A stretch of DNA of 64,000 nt from Veleropilina oligotropha (lineage: Eukaryota), in assembly GCA_048128005.1 (NCBI GenBank), contig JBEUKZ010000045.1, positions 1-64,000 of the forward strand, in the 5' to 3' direction. The notes beneath the pieces were generated by a model. It worked only from the letters and a program-made list of their open reading frames with translations. It ran no database searches and was not told the origin of the DNA. Both the position numbers and the translations under genes were made by a program. Of the stretch, positions 47,274-58,782 are shown in pieces (positions within the stretch are counted from its first letter, which is position 1; each line of letters starts with the position of its first letter).

Positions 47274-47619
47274 TACGTGCAAACACAGTATTTATAAAAT
47301 TATTACGGCTTTGTGTTTTTTTGACTGGCTTACGTGCTTTCTTCTTTGTAACCTTCTTCTTGGAAGACGATGTGATCTTCTTGACTTTCTTTGACCGACT
47401 GACGCTTTTCCTTTTTCCTGCAACTTTTATGTGTGGCAAACCTACTTTCCTTTGAGTTTTTAATTGGACTTTAGCCCTTTCCACTACCTCAGCCATGGGC
47501 GATACAATGGTTGCTATACCCTGGCCCCTTTGTCTATCGGATTGTATTTTGCCTGAACGCATGTTTTTAAATATTTGATCCCACATCTTGGGGTTGCTGA
47601 TGTACAATGGTCCAGACAT
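47251..47619 (-). CDS. Basic core-like protein
   Basis: Lys/Arg-rich C-terminal half and a QRGQG possible protease site; lies between penton and MCP. Confidence 0.7.
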   Translation of the reverse strand: MSGPLYISNPKMWDQIFKNMRSGKIQSDRQRGQGIATIVSPMAEVVERAKVQLKTQRKVGLPHIKVAGKRKSVSRSKKVKKITSSSKKKVTKKKARKPVKKTQSRNNFINTVFARNGVSERK

Positions 47620-47622
47620 GGC

Positions 47623-48042
47623 TTAGAAAGGGAACTTTTTAAAATGAAGTGTCACCGTTACTGTTCCAGTGATGAATGAGGCTAGATCTCCCTTAATATC
47701 CTTTATATATATGTGCACTTGGTGAAGCTGACTTTGATTCAAACGTGTATAATAAGGTACATTGTAGATCATGTTACACGGCGCTCTATTTCTCAAAAAT
47801 ATTTTCCTCAATAAAGGCATAGATGTGTCTCCAACCACACTTTCGCTACACGCATCAAAACACACAAATAGGTCACGATTATTTTTACTCTTAGCGCAAC
47901 CGTTAATGGCTATTTCGTTCAAGGCTACGGTCCAATAACCATCGAATAGTGCCGGTTTGTTTAATTTTACTCTGAAATCGTAATGTTCATTCTCGAAATA
48001 TTCCGAACTGTCCGTGGACTTGATTACCATACGAACACTCAT
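47623..48042 (-). CDS. Minor capsid protein (penton)
   Basis: S..YF.N...DFRVKL, WTVAL.EI, FVCFD...SVVGD..PLLR, VTVTLHFK. Confidence 0.88.
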   Translation of the reverse strand: MSVRMVIKSTDSSEYFENEHYDFRVKLNKPALFDGYWTVALNEIAINGCAKSKNNRDLFVCFDACSESVVGDTSMPLLRKIFLRNRAPCNMIYNVPYYTRLNQSQLHQVHIYIKDIKGDLASFITGTVTVTLHFKKFPF

Positions 48043-48077
48043 CGTGATGTGACAACATTATAAATTAACATGTCATA

Positions 48078-49157
48078 TTATACAATTGCACCTCGGCTTA
48101 TCCAAGAATCAAATTTAGATGGCCAACCCATCCATTTTACTAGTATTTCATTCTCGCCATTGCGTTTTCGCCGCTTCAATACCTTTTCTATCCGCCATAT
48201 GGTGTCTGCAGTTTTATTGACCTTTTGCATTTCTCTTTCGTAGAATGTACCCGATATAGCCTCATCTGCATAATCAGTTAATTGATAAATAGATGTTCCT
48301 TGACGCTTATATCGTTTAACGATGATAAATAATTCTTCCGACCACTTTTGCTGATAATCTCTTAAAAACGGATGTTTTATATGCGATATTCTAACCTTAT
48401 CGCCCATGTTAAACTTGTATTTCTTGGACAATGTTGTTGATTTAGTACGTGCCAGATACATCTTATATCGAGCCTCGTCTTCATTGTTTTTGTTAATGCT
48501 AGCAGGAGTCCATTGTCCTAATGATCGATGAGGTCTATTGTTATAATTGGACACCAAGTCTTGTAAGTTATCTATGTAACGGTACGTTTGATTGGCTGTG
48601 AAATGCCTGTATATCATATTTTTAAATGTTTTTATAACACGTTCGGCATAATTTGCCTTCGATTCATTTTGTGTGAAATGCACTGCAATATTTTCCGATG
48701 CCAGATATGGTTTTACCCATCGGTTATTGAATTCGCTCCCCTTATCAAACCGAATCATGCGAGGCTTTCGACCTTCCTTAAATATGGATTTCAATGCTCC
48801 AACAACGGTTTTACCTAACTTATTCGCTATTGGAACTACCCATAGGTAACGAGAAAACACATCGATTACGATCAATAAGAATGTTATGCCATCGTTGTAT
48901 TTAGTCACATTTTGCATGTCGGCTAAATCACCATCAAACATCGAATCAATTCCACCAACGATAACACGGCTTTGCCTGAATTTCCGTATCACCCCTTTTT
49001 GTAAACTGTATGCGTCTTGGTCTTGTAACCATTGGGTGATCTTTTTCTTACTAATATTGAATTTTCCTTGTTTTTGTACCATTCTATACAACTTGTCCGG
49101 ACCGCCATATCCATGTTTTGGGTCATACCACAACTTTTTCAAGTACGCTTCTGCCAT
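48078..49157 (-). CDS. rve DDE integrase with C-terminal chromodomain
   Basis: GDLADM, IDVFSRY, FDKGSEF, AERVIKT; chromodomain IEKVLKRR..ILVKWMGWPSKFDSWI. Confidence 0.97.
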   Translation of the reverse strand: MAEAYLKKLWYDPKHGYGGPDKLYRMVQKQGKFNISKKKITQWLQDQDAYSLQKGVIRKFRQSRVIVGGIDSMFDGDLADMQNVTKYNDGITFLLIVIDVFSRYLWVVPIANKLGKTVVGALKSIFKEGRKPRMIRFDKGSEFNNRWVKPYLASENIAVHFTQNESKANYAERVIKTFKNMIYRHFTANQTYRYIDNLQDLVSNYNNRPHRSLGQWTPASINKNNEDEARYKMYLARTKSTTLSKKYKFNMGDKVRISHIKHPFLRDYQQKWSEELFIIVKRYKRQGTSIYQLTDYADEAISGTFYEREMQKVNKTADTIWRIEKVLKRRKRNGENEILVKWMGWPSKFDSWISRGAIV

Positions 49158-49278
49158 GACAATGAATTAATAATGACTAAACATTGACTTATATACATTT
49201 ATTGACAAAAGCAAATATGCATACAAAACATTGTTTGGATTGCTTGAATATTATTCTTTAGAATAGACATATGCAATA

Positions 49279-49557
49279 TTAATTAGTATTCAGCATCCAA
49301 ATAGTACTATTTATATTGGAATTGGATATGTTCATAATACGAAGTGGTTCTGCATGGAGAGGATCAGGAGGTGTTTTAACACATAGTTCCCAGTTATTAG
49401 TCGTCAGTCCAACCGTAGTACATACTAATATCACAATGACAACAGTCCATTTGACCTTTGTTTTCTTCGCAGTATCCGTATTTTGTGGTAAGAATGTTTC
49501 CACAACTGTCTCTTCCGGTGTCGACATCATAAATGAAACGCTTGTTAGTAAACACAC
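49279..49557 (-). CDS. Small single-pass membrane protein
   Basis: WTVVIVILVCTTVGL hydrophobic segment; colinear with neighbours; start uncertain. Confidence 0.45.
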   Translation of the reverse strand: MCLLTSVSFMMSTPEETVVETFLPQNTDTAKKTKVKWTVVIVILVCTTVGLTTNNWELCVKTPPDPLHAEPLRIMNISNSNINSTIWMLNTN

Positions 49558-49560
49558 ACA

Positions 49561-50016
49561 CTAATAGAACCCCCAAACTTTTTGATTCGGGTTGCACTCG
49601 GGACAATTAATTGCGCCAATCTGGTTTTGATGGTCGTCTTGCAAATAACACAACTCGATATCGTCGGGCACTGATATCGTAGCCTCCTTCAATTTTGTGA
49701 ATTGATAAAATTTAAGCGTAATTCCTTTACGAGTGGGGCACACATCTACACTGTTTTCGGGTAACCAAAATTGTCTAATATCCATATGTGGCCACTGTCG
49801 GCTAATCGTCACGAATACATTGCCTCCGATATGAAGACGAAACGATACCTGATTGCCGGCGATAACATCCGATATTGTTTCGTCAAATTTGCCGAAATTT
49901 TCGGCGAATAACTTCCAACGATTAAACGGAAACTCCAACGACTTGTTCGGTCCTTTTAACAGGATAACGTTATCCAGTTTCTCAACGGAACATCCTCTAT
50001 CGAGATCAATCGTCAT
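49561..50016 (-). CDS. PC4-like ssDNA-binding protein
   Basis: HIGGNVFVTI..MDIRQFW..PTRKGITL..QF matches the PC4 pattern; C-terminal C/H cluster. Confidence 0.85.
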   Translation of the reverse strand: MTIDLDRGCSVEKLDNVILLKGPNKSLEFPFNRWKLFAENFGKFDETISDVIAGNQVSFRLHIGGNVFVTISRQWPHMDIRQFWLPENSVDVCPTRKGITLKFYQFTKLKEATISVPDDIELCYLQDDHQNQIGAINCPECNPNQKVWGFY

Positions 50017-50692
50017 AATGCTGGAAAGGAAACATTATACAATTAAACTGATGCCGGGGAATATATTATACGTCAGACATATATACATATTTCTACCGAT
50101 GAATATAAACCATAGTTTTCCTAGCAATTATATATATTTACCTCGATGCAAAATTGATGTATATACTTTATACATATTTCTACTGATGAATATAAAACCA
50201 TAGTTTTCCTAGCAATTATATATATTTACCTCGATGCAAATTGTCCTATTTCCTTCAACGATGCAAAGATGTTGTTGTTTGGTTGGATTTTAACGAGGTC
50301 TTCCACGTTGTACTCGATTTCGATCTCACTGATGCAAAGATGGCCTCTCGTTATGTACAACCAGAGAACAAAGGAACTTCGCTATAAACCCCCGACAATA
50401 TCATTGGCTACGAGAGAGCAGGTGTTCGCTAGACACGCCCCCTCTATGCTAATTGATAGTGCCCCAAGGTATAAAAATCGCCACTGCGCCACCGAAAGTG
50501 GACCATAATCCCGATAATATCATTGGACAGTACGGAACAAAGGAAGTTCGCTAGACACGCCCCCCTCGATGCTGATTGATAGTAAGGAACAAAGGAAACC
50601 GACAATACATTACCCACAATACAACACTGCGCATGCGTCAACGAAAATGCCCTAAGGCACCGGAAGTGTCCTAAGGTACGGTAAATACTACT
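50010..50692 (-). repeat. Right TIR of Polinton B
   Basis: Reverse complement of 34678-35360. Confidence 0.97.
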
Positions 50693-51270
50693 TTTGTGTG
50701 ATAATACGGGGAGCTATGGAATGTCTATTGACCAATGAAAACGCTAGAAATGTATAAAAGGGGTAATAATGTGGCCTATTACACCGGTATACCGCAGACA
50801 TGGTGTTGCGTCTTCGATCACCTTCTTTGATTTGATCTCAATCAGTTATTTTACGACCACAATTTAGCAATGGTCTGGACACCCCGGATTTGTCCACAAA
50901 AACAGGAGAGTTTCCGCCATCGATCTCCATCCAAAACTGACCAGGTTCAACTTAATTTATATGGCAAAAAGCTGCGCAAGAAATGCTATTTGCCCGCAAC
51001 TGTATCACATGGTCGTGATAATATAATATTTAACTGCTTGCGGTCGTTATTTATCACAATTATCAAACTTACGGTTCTGCACTGAATCCCTTGTATTCTG
51101 TTAAATAAATGTCGGAAGTAAACTATCAGTAATCGCACAAAGACATGCAACAACGGGATGTGTACAAACACTGAATGAACATCGGTGTGCATCTTGTCAA
51201 TGGTAACGTTAACATTAAGTGGAATTGCATCGTATTTGCATAATGATGCACTACTGGAGATGATACGTAC

Positions 51271-51460
51271 ACTTGGAGGAGATACGAATTGCTGATGCCG
51301 TATATATTGGCTCGGAATATCGCCGTAACGATAAACGCGAGGTACAGAACCTCTTCGTACGGAATAAGCACCAGAACACTGAGCAGAACCCCCAGAGACG
51401 ACGTGATACTCAGCGAACAGACGGTCGGCATGAGTTGTCTCCGGGTCGAAGATGGATCCC
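51271..51460 (-). CDS. SLC43-like exon
   Basis: ttttag|(G)DPSSTRRQLMPTVCSLSITSSLGVLLSVLVLIPYEEVLYLAFIVTAIFRANIYGISNSYLLQ(V)|gtacgt. Confidence 0.88.
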
Positions 51461-51946
51461 CTAAAATTAAATATGTAATAGACTTAAAAATAACTTCATA
51501 ACCCAATACCTTCATTTTAGATATATCTATTTATCAATGTTATATATCTATAATAAATAAAATAGTCTATTCACGGTGAACTATGAATTTAAAACAGTTT
51601 AATATCCTGCATAAACACCATTTGTGTCTTATTGTCCAGCATAAACACTACATGTAACTTTCGTTCATAGAAGAACGATACCTATCTTGAATAACAGATT
51701 GTTTCTATAAAATATGACTGTTATTTAATAGCTTGATCTTTTACATTTATGATTTACATTGTAATATAAAATACTGTTAAAGTACCATTAAAATATTGTT
51801 AAAGTACCATTAAAATACTGTTAAAGTACCATTAAAATGGTTCGCGCCAATTTATCCCATTACCATCACGTGACATAAAACATATGGAGCGAAAATCCAC
51901 TGCAGCAATCAATGAAATGGGCAATACGATCCTTATTATAGCGTAC

Positions 51947-52048
51947 CTTTGTATCGCTGCTTCTGCCAATCTAAAACCACTCCGGACAAGGCCGCTGGTA
52001 CGCAGCCGAACAGTAACGTATATGAAAACACATCCAGGTAGTAACTGA
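51947..52048 (-). CDS. SLC43-like exon (absent from the ORF track)
   Basis: ttctag|(V)SYYLDVFSYTLLFGCVPAALSGVVLDWQKQRYK|gtacgc; phase 1 at both ends. Confidence 0.85.
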
Positions 52049-52871
52049 CTAGAACAGAAGAAAATGTCGATATTCCACGCATAAATAGACTATTGCCCGT
52101 CAATGCGCTATTTTTTCTTTGAAAAGAAAACTAACCGCATTACACTTTTTGGTTATAGCATACAAAGTTAGGAATTTTCAACACTTAACATTCGTTCCAA
52201 TCGACCTATTTAGAACAAGTTGCGCATATTCCTGCTCGTCATGTAAGATAGCTTTCTATTTCAAAATAATAATTATTGCCCAGTTACAATAAAAATCTAT
52301 CATTTTGTCATATATCGATCATGTCTTCGCGAAATTTGTATCAATCTGTACGAAACGTGCGTCCGATTAATTTAGAGGCTGTTCAGTCATGCTACACATT
52401 CACGAAAATGGTGTTTGTACGGACAAGAGTCACTTTAATGGACTGTTTAGATCCATACATTTGACCAGTTATCAGGGATGACTTTTCAATATGCTTCTGT
52501 CTTCATGTCGCAGATTGTTTAGCTCGGCTGTTCACTTGCTTGCTGGACAGTTGGCGGCGTATTTACTAGACTATCCGTTGCATTTTTTTAAAGTACAATT
52601 CGGCTGTTAGTTAGTAACTGCAACGCTTACTTTTGTTTATATGAGAATTCCAGTTGCGTTAACGTTCAATCAAAATAACAAAATTAAAAGACTGGACAGT
52701 GATACAGTAAAATAGTGATACACAAAATGGTGTATTATCTAAAAGATTTACTCCACGTAAAATATCCGTTTCAATTGACAATTCCTCTATTAAATAGCGT
52801 ATGTGTCATCTCGTATGAGATTCTACAGTATTAACTATCAAACTGGAGCATTATTATTTTCATGAATCCGT

Positions 52872-53023
52872 TAAGCAGATGTTTAACTAACTTTAAGCAG
52901 ATGCTTAACTAACGCTATGCAGATGCTTAACTAACTTTAAGCAGATGCTTAACTAACGTTAGGCAGATGCTTAACTAACTTTAAGCAGATGCTTAACTAA
53001 CGTTAGGCAGATGTTTAACTAAC
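52872..53023. repeat. ~21-bp tandem repeat abutting a splice donor
   Basis: About 7 copies of (a)gcagatgcttaactaac(ttta/gtta). Confidence 0.85.
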
Positions 53024-53260
53024 CCTTTTCTTGATCCTCCTTGCATACCATACTGACCCAGGAGTGGACGGACGTGATGATGAAGTAGAACCGGATCTGA
53101 TTAATGCAAAGCCAGAGTGCGTGGACCAGAAACAGCGGAGAACAGAAGGACGCCCAGAGCGACGGGACCGCCACGGACCCAGGATCTCCACTGTACATAT
53201 GCGCTTTGGCGCTCGTTGTAAAGGAGGTGTCGTCAAATGCGACAGTATCCGGTGGCACAC
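53024..53260 (-). CDS. SLC43-like exon
   Basis: ctacag|..VPPDTVAF...PSLWASFCSPLFLVHALWLCINQIRFYFII...EDQEK|gttagt. Confidence 0.88.
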
Positions 53261-53977
53261 CTGTAGAAAACCGTAATTTGAACACTGGATTGAACACATA
53301 TCTTTCTGAAATATGATGCATGGATCGATTCTTAATATCCCATAACATATTTTGGATGTTGAAGACTGCGTCGGATATATTTTCATTTCGATTACACGAA
53401 CTTCGTAGGCCAACGTATCGTCGCGGAACGCATCGTTCGGCCACATAAAAAGTTGCCTACTAAAAGATTGGAGCAGTTTATGGCAAAAGATTTTGTTGGC
53501 ATATTTTAAACTATTGTTATTTTGATTTTTGTCGCTGCAAAAATTAAAATTGAACTTCGTAAAGCTGTCGCTGCTCGGTCGAAAAGCATAGCATTTTGCG
53601 TTGACCTCCTGTCTACAAATGACGCGTCAGCTAACGTAAACACTGGTTGCTATGTGGATTTTGCGATGTATAAAATAAGAATTTTCGTCACTTTTACGTT
53701 CATTAAAAAAACAAGAAATAATTATTTATATTATTTTAGGTAAAATAAAACGAATTCTGCAATAAAATTATAGTGTGCATTTGAGTTTTAACACTCTTTG
53801 AGGTTAAACCAGGCCATGTCCATATTATAGAGGAAGGAAAGCTCGGTCTCCCGAGAAAACCCGTCCCCGACGACCTGTTAAGACAACTGGGACTGTTAAT
53901 TGACGATAATGCACAATCGAGGATTCGAGCCCACCCATGTTATTTTAGCTGCGTGCGCACTGCTCTCGGATCGATAA

Positions 53978-54886
53978 TATAAGTTGTCGGCATTGCCCGA
54001 GGGGAATATGGGTCTATGTACCTGTTTGTGAGAATTTATTAACCGAGACGAAGTCGAGGTTAATAAATTCTCACAAACGGTACATAGACCCATATTTCAC
54101 GAGGGCTATGCCGACAACGAATTTATCTTACTTCAATATAATAAAATCAAGCCTTATGAACAAGTTTCTTTTCCAACTTCGTAACTCCGTGAAATAATCC
54201 ATTTTATATATGCTATTGTTATTACGAAAAAAACGCGTTCCTAAAATAATGTTTTAAGCTCTACCGAAGATCATGTGTAAAACTCGTGTTCAATATAAAA
54301 AATATTCCTTCCGTTATAACTGTGATATTTTAGCATAATTGGCATGATTATTGAAAAATACACAAAGTATGTTTGGGGCAAATACATCCATACCAATATA
54401 CATTATATAAAATATTGAAGATATTCTGACGCGCCCATTAGAATGAAACAATAATGCCTAGCAACCGTCACTCTCCAGGCAGAGAAATTAAGAATATTCC
54501 GTACAGTACGATAAAGAAATGACGTCTATGCGCAGGAGAATAATAGGAAGTCGAAGTAAACAACAAAATTAGCTAAATAAGCATAATTGGATATTCATTT
54601 TACATGAAAATGTCAAAAGTGTAAACCGTTACGACTATAAAATGAAATTGATGCAAAATTTTCGCAACGATGGACGATTCCAAGACTTAATATTTGAATT
54701 GATGTTTTGGCAGACGACATGTTCACAATTACCTCCGTTGTCTTCGAGGGCGCTCCAAATCACAATAGTACACACAACTACGTAAGGTATAAATAATTCA
54801 TATACCCCGCCTGGGTGGGGAATACGGTAATTGTCGAAGGAACGTTAACCAATCAGATTGCAGTATTAAGAGCTAAAGTAAGATAA
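53978..54886 (+). mobile_element. Hairpin-headed non-autonomous element, copy 2
   Basis: Colinear, highly similar copy of 22825-23732. Confidence 0.8.
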
Positions 54887-55153
54887 TGAATAATACACTG
54901 CATAATATTGCGGTTTGTTGCTGATTGTTTCCTACTAGCTTTGTTGCACAATAATCCTTCCGTTTGACACTATTATCAAACCAATGTCTTCAGATTGAAT
55001 TACTAGTATATCATATTATATATATTCAATCTTTGGGCTTCACAATAGCAGACAGGTCAATGAACACAGACATAATTGCGCCCGTAAAGGCCGTGCCACA
55101 CCAAGTCGTATACGTTTTGTCATGTGCAACTTTTATAGCAAAATAATGTTTAC

Positions 55154-55370
55154 TTTTGTCGGTGGTCGGGCTGGCGATCAGGCTTGCTGATACATCCCCG
55201 TTCTTCGGTTTCTTCCCCTCGTCGTCCTTATCGTCTATATACGACGTAGCTCCTTTAATAGCTATTGCCTTGGTAGGAAAGAAGACAAAGGTGCTGATCG
55301 CGGCCATGACGTGCGCCGCTGTTATGAAGAAGAACGAATTCCGCTTGGATATCCCGTTTTGGTACGCCAT
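55154..55370 (-). CDS. SLC43-like exon
   Basis: tgcag|MAYQNGISKRNSFFFITAAHVMAAISTFVFFP...PTTDK|gtaaac. Confidence 0.85.
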
Positions 55371-55630
55371 CTGCATATTGATATGATATTTAATACTTAA
55401 GTACATTGCGAAAGCAGGTGTGTGTACGGTTGTAAAATTGGATGACACGAGAATGCACTATGATTCTGATCATACTTACGGGTAATGCAACTTTAAATCC
55501 ACTGTTTCATACTTGTTACTAGTCAGTTACCACGAACATTGTTGCATATGTAGTAACTTAAGTCTTTATTAAAGACAACACAATATGTTAACCTGCCTTG
55601 ATCTTTTCATACAGCATACAGCATACACAC

Positions 55631-55723
55631 CTTTACAAACACCAATATAACTGCAGAAGAGTCGATGAATCCGGTGAGCAGGGTGGTTGCCTTGGCCTTG
55701 CTCCGATTGTATAAATTTGTTAT
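55631..55723 (-). CDS. SLC43-like exon (absent from the ORF track)
   Basis: ttttag|ITNLYNRSKAKATTLLTGFIDSSAVILVFVK|gtgtgt. Confidence 0.88.
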
Positions 55724-56148
55724 CTAAAATAATACATGATAATTACGGCCTGATGTATCACATATTGTAGTAATAATTTTGATATATACCCGGTTGCATC
55801 AGTACATAAAGGCTCAACGTGTCAGCCGCAGATTTGGTCAACGAAGAATATAGCACAAATATAATTAAGTACACTATGAATAGGCCGCTCCGAGAGTCGT
55901 TTGGTTTCGGTTGTAGATTCCGAAAACTCACCGGCTTGTTTCCGCTGACACGAACAGTAGTGGGTTCGAACAATTGTCCATAACTGGCCGGAGAGGTCTG
56001 GTTTTCCCGAGCGACCGGGCTTTCCTCCGCGATAATATGGACATGTCATGCTCTGAAGATAATGATGGTTGGTAATATACAGCATCGATCCTTTCCTATT
56101 TTTCCTTCAGGATCATGCCAGGACAGGTTGCGGGTGAAATTCCGGATC

Positions 56149-57800
56149 GTACACGGCCTGACCCCCGTACACGGCCTGACCCCCGTACACGGCTTGACCC
56201 CCGTACACGGCCTGACCCCCGTACACGGCCTGACCCCCATACACGGCCTGACCCCCGTACACGGCTTGACCCCCGTACACGGCCTGACCCCCGTACACGG
56301 CCTGACCCCCGTACACGGCTTGACCCCCGTACACGGCCTGACCCCCGTACACGGCCTGACCCCCGTACACGGCCTGACCCCCGTACACGGCCTGACCCCC
56401 GTACACGGCCTGACCCCCATACACGGCCTTACCCCCGTACACGGCCTTACCCCCGTACACGGCCTGACCCCCATACACGGCCTTACCCCCGTACACGGCC
56501 TTACCCCCGTACACGGCCTGACCCCCGTACACGGCCTGACCCCCATACACGGCCTTACCCCCGTACACGGCCTTACCCCCGTACACGGCCTGACCCCCGT
56601 ACACGGCCTGACCCCCGTACACGGCCTGACCCCCGTACACGGCCTGACCCCCGTACACGGCCTTACCCCCGTACACGGCCTGACCCCCGTACACGGCCTG
56701 ACCCCCATACACGGCCTTACCCCCGTACACGGCCTTACCCCCGTACACGGCCTGACCCCCGTACACGGCCTGACCCCCATACACGGCCTTACCCCCGTAC
56801 ACGGCCTGACCCCCGTACACGGCCTGACCCCCGTACACGGCCTGACCCCCGTACACGGCCTGACCCCCGTACACGGCCTGACCCCCGTACACGGCCTGAC
56901 CCCCGTACACGGCCTGACCCCCGTACACGGCCTGACCCCCGTACACGGCCTGACCCCCGTACACGGCCTGACCCCCGTACACGGCCTGACCCCCGTACAC
57001 GGCCTGACCCCCGTACACGGCCTGACCCCCGTACACGGCCTGACCCCCGTACACGGCCTGACCCCCGTACACGGCCTGACCCCCGTACACGGCCTGACCC
57101 CCGTACACGGCCTGACCCCCGTACACGGCCTGACCCCCGTACACGGCCTGACCCCCGTACACGGCCTGACCCCCGTACACGGCCTGACCCCCGTACACGG
57201 CCTGACCCCCGTACACGGCCTGACCCCCGTACACGGCCTGACCCCCGTACACGGCCTGACCCCCGTACACGGCCTGACCCCCGTACACGGCCTGACCCCC
57301 GTACACGGCCTGACCCCCGTACACGGCCTGACCCCCGTACACGGCCTTACCCCCGTACACGGCCTGACCCCCGTACACGGCCTGACCCCCGTACACGGCC
57401 TGACCCCCGTACACGGCCTGACCCCCGTACACGGCCTGACCCCCGTACACGGCCTGACCCCCGTACACGGCCTGACCCCCGTACACGGCCTGACCCCCGT
57501 ACACGGCCTGACCCCCGTACACGGCCTGACCCCCGTACACGGCCTGACCCCCGTACACGGCCTGACCCCCGTACACGGCCTGACCCCCGCACACGGCCTG
57601 ACCCCCGCACACGGCCTGACCCCCGTACACGGCCTGACCCCCGTACACGGCCTGACCCCCGTACACGGCCTGACCCCCGTACACGGCCTGACCCCCGTAC
57701 ACGGCCTGACCCCCGTACACGGCCTGACCCCCGTACACGGCCTGACCCCCGTACACGGCCTGACCCCCGTACACGGCCTGACCCCCGTACACGGCCTGAC
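56149..57800. repeat. 18-bp GC-rich minisatellite, ~92 copies
   Basis: Unit GTACACGGCCTGACCCCC with sparse single-base variants; intronic. Confidence 0.98.
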
Positions 57801-57829
57801 ACTGAAGGATGTTCAACACAGGACATTGT

Positions 57830-58146
57830 GCCGTCGTGGCTCAGTGCGTTGTTCATAGGACTCTGGTCACAGAGTCTCGCGTTCGCCTCCAAAGCTCGGC
57901 GATTTCACTTAGGCAAGGAAATAAGCATATATTTGCCCTGGTCCACCCAGCCGATCTGAATGGGTACCTGGTTGGCAGTTATGTAAGTCATGGCGCTACC
58001 CGCGTGTAAATGACTGTAATGCTCCCAGAAGGAGTAGAGATGGCTCAGAGTGGAACAGGCCCATAACCAAGGGTAATGATAATGATCAGCGCATTGAGAC
58101 ATGAGCGTAATAATGCACTATATAAGACCGTTACATTATCATTATA
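57830..58146 (+). mobile_element. tRNA-derived SINE (copy 2)
   Basis: Colinear with 3642-3953. Confidence 0.85.
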
Positions 58147-58184
58147 GTGCATAGGTCCAAACGTATTTGGTAAATGGTACATAC

Positions 58185-58261
58185 CTGGATATTTGTGACC
58201 CCCAAACTGAGCCCCCCGATGCCCATGAGGATCACCCCGGGGAATATCAGCCCCGGCAGCT
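58185..58261 (-). CDS. SLC43-like exon (most 5' one found)
   Basis: ccacag|xLPGLIFPGVILMGIGGLSLGVTNIQ|gtatgt. Confidence 0.85.
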
Positions 58262-58782
58262 CTGTGGAATAAATAAACATGGGTACAACAGAAAATACGT
58301 AGAAAACAGCCACAATATATACATGAAGTTGAAAATATAATTTCTAATTTTCTAATTTATTATTTACGTCTTCAAGTTTAAAAAATATATTTTAACGACA
58401 TCATGCATGAAGTTACAGAATGTAATGTCGATTAAATAGCATTTATTATTGTACAATAGTCAATCTGCTTAGCTCAGACCAGGTACGCAATGTTACATAC
58501 ATACTGCGCTAGTGTATAACAATTATTAGCGTTATGAAGTAGCGAATTCATGCCGAAAATACAATCACGACATTTTCAATATTATCCACAAGAACATCAC
58601 ATTATGCTGTGGGCATTCACTGTTGAATGCCGCATTTGATATTGCGATTATCCGTTTTTAGTCTAGTTTGTCATCAGACGTATTATTACGTATGTTTACT
58701 GATCATCATTATCTCTATTTTCGACACAACCATTCAGCGCCTCTTCGTGTGTAGAAATAAGCTCAGTTTCAATGATAACTTT

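Larger units (their letters stand above)
34678..50692. mobile_element. Element B: canonical Polinton/Maverick (16,015 bp)
   Basis: AGTAGT...ACTACT ends, 683-bp TIRs and 6-bp TSD TTTGTG (34672-34677, 50693-50698). Encodes pPolB, ATPase, protease, MCP, penton and integrase. Confidence 0.98.
34119..50769 (+). mobile_element. Hairpin-headed non-autonomous element split by Polinton B
   Basis: Hairpin ttatactggctttt...aaaagccagtataa (34125-34285). The IR ttattacccc (34291) pairs with ggggtaataa (50760-50769) on the far side of the Polinton. Confidence 0.7.
31008..50787. mobile_element. Outer non-autonomous DNA transposon (CCGGTGTAA TIRs) split by later insertions
   Basis: Left end ccggtgtaacaggccaacat, right end atgtggcctattacaccgg; internal ataccccc/taggcca sub-repeats at 31030-31127 and 33845-34118. 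Confidence 0.6.
29008..58261 (-). other. SLC43A3: Host gene span (3' part): SLC43-family MFS transporter, SLC43A3-like; 8 exons found
   Basis: Eight GT-AG exons with consistent phases give a multi-TM protein with SLC43-like motifs (TNIQITNLY..TTLLTGFIDSSAV; FPVKYFSSMQG..SLLQMPLF). Exact paralog not resolvable; 5' exons not located. Confidence 0.75.

Noticed and set aside
56149..57800. Possible CRISPR-like array
   Set aside because: Head-to-tail repeats without unique spacers, in a eukaryotic context.
56046..57959. Long ORFs of 181-614 aa on both strands (HGLTPV, GGQAVY, RTRPDP repeats)
   Set aside because: Artefacts of a stop-poor 18-bp minisatellite inside an intron; several frames are open equally.
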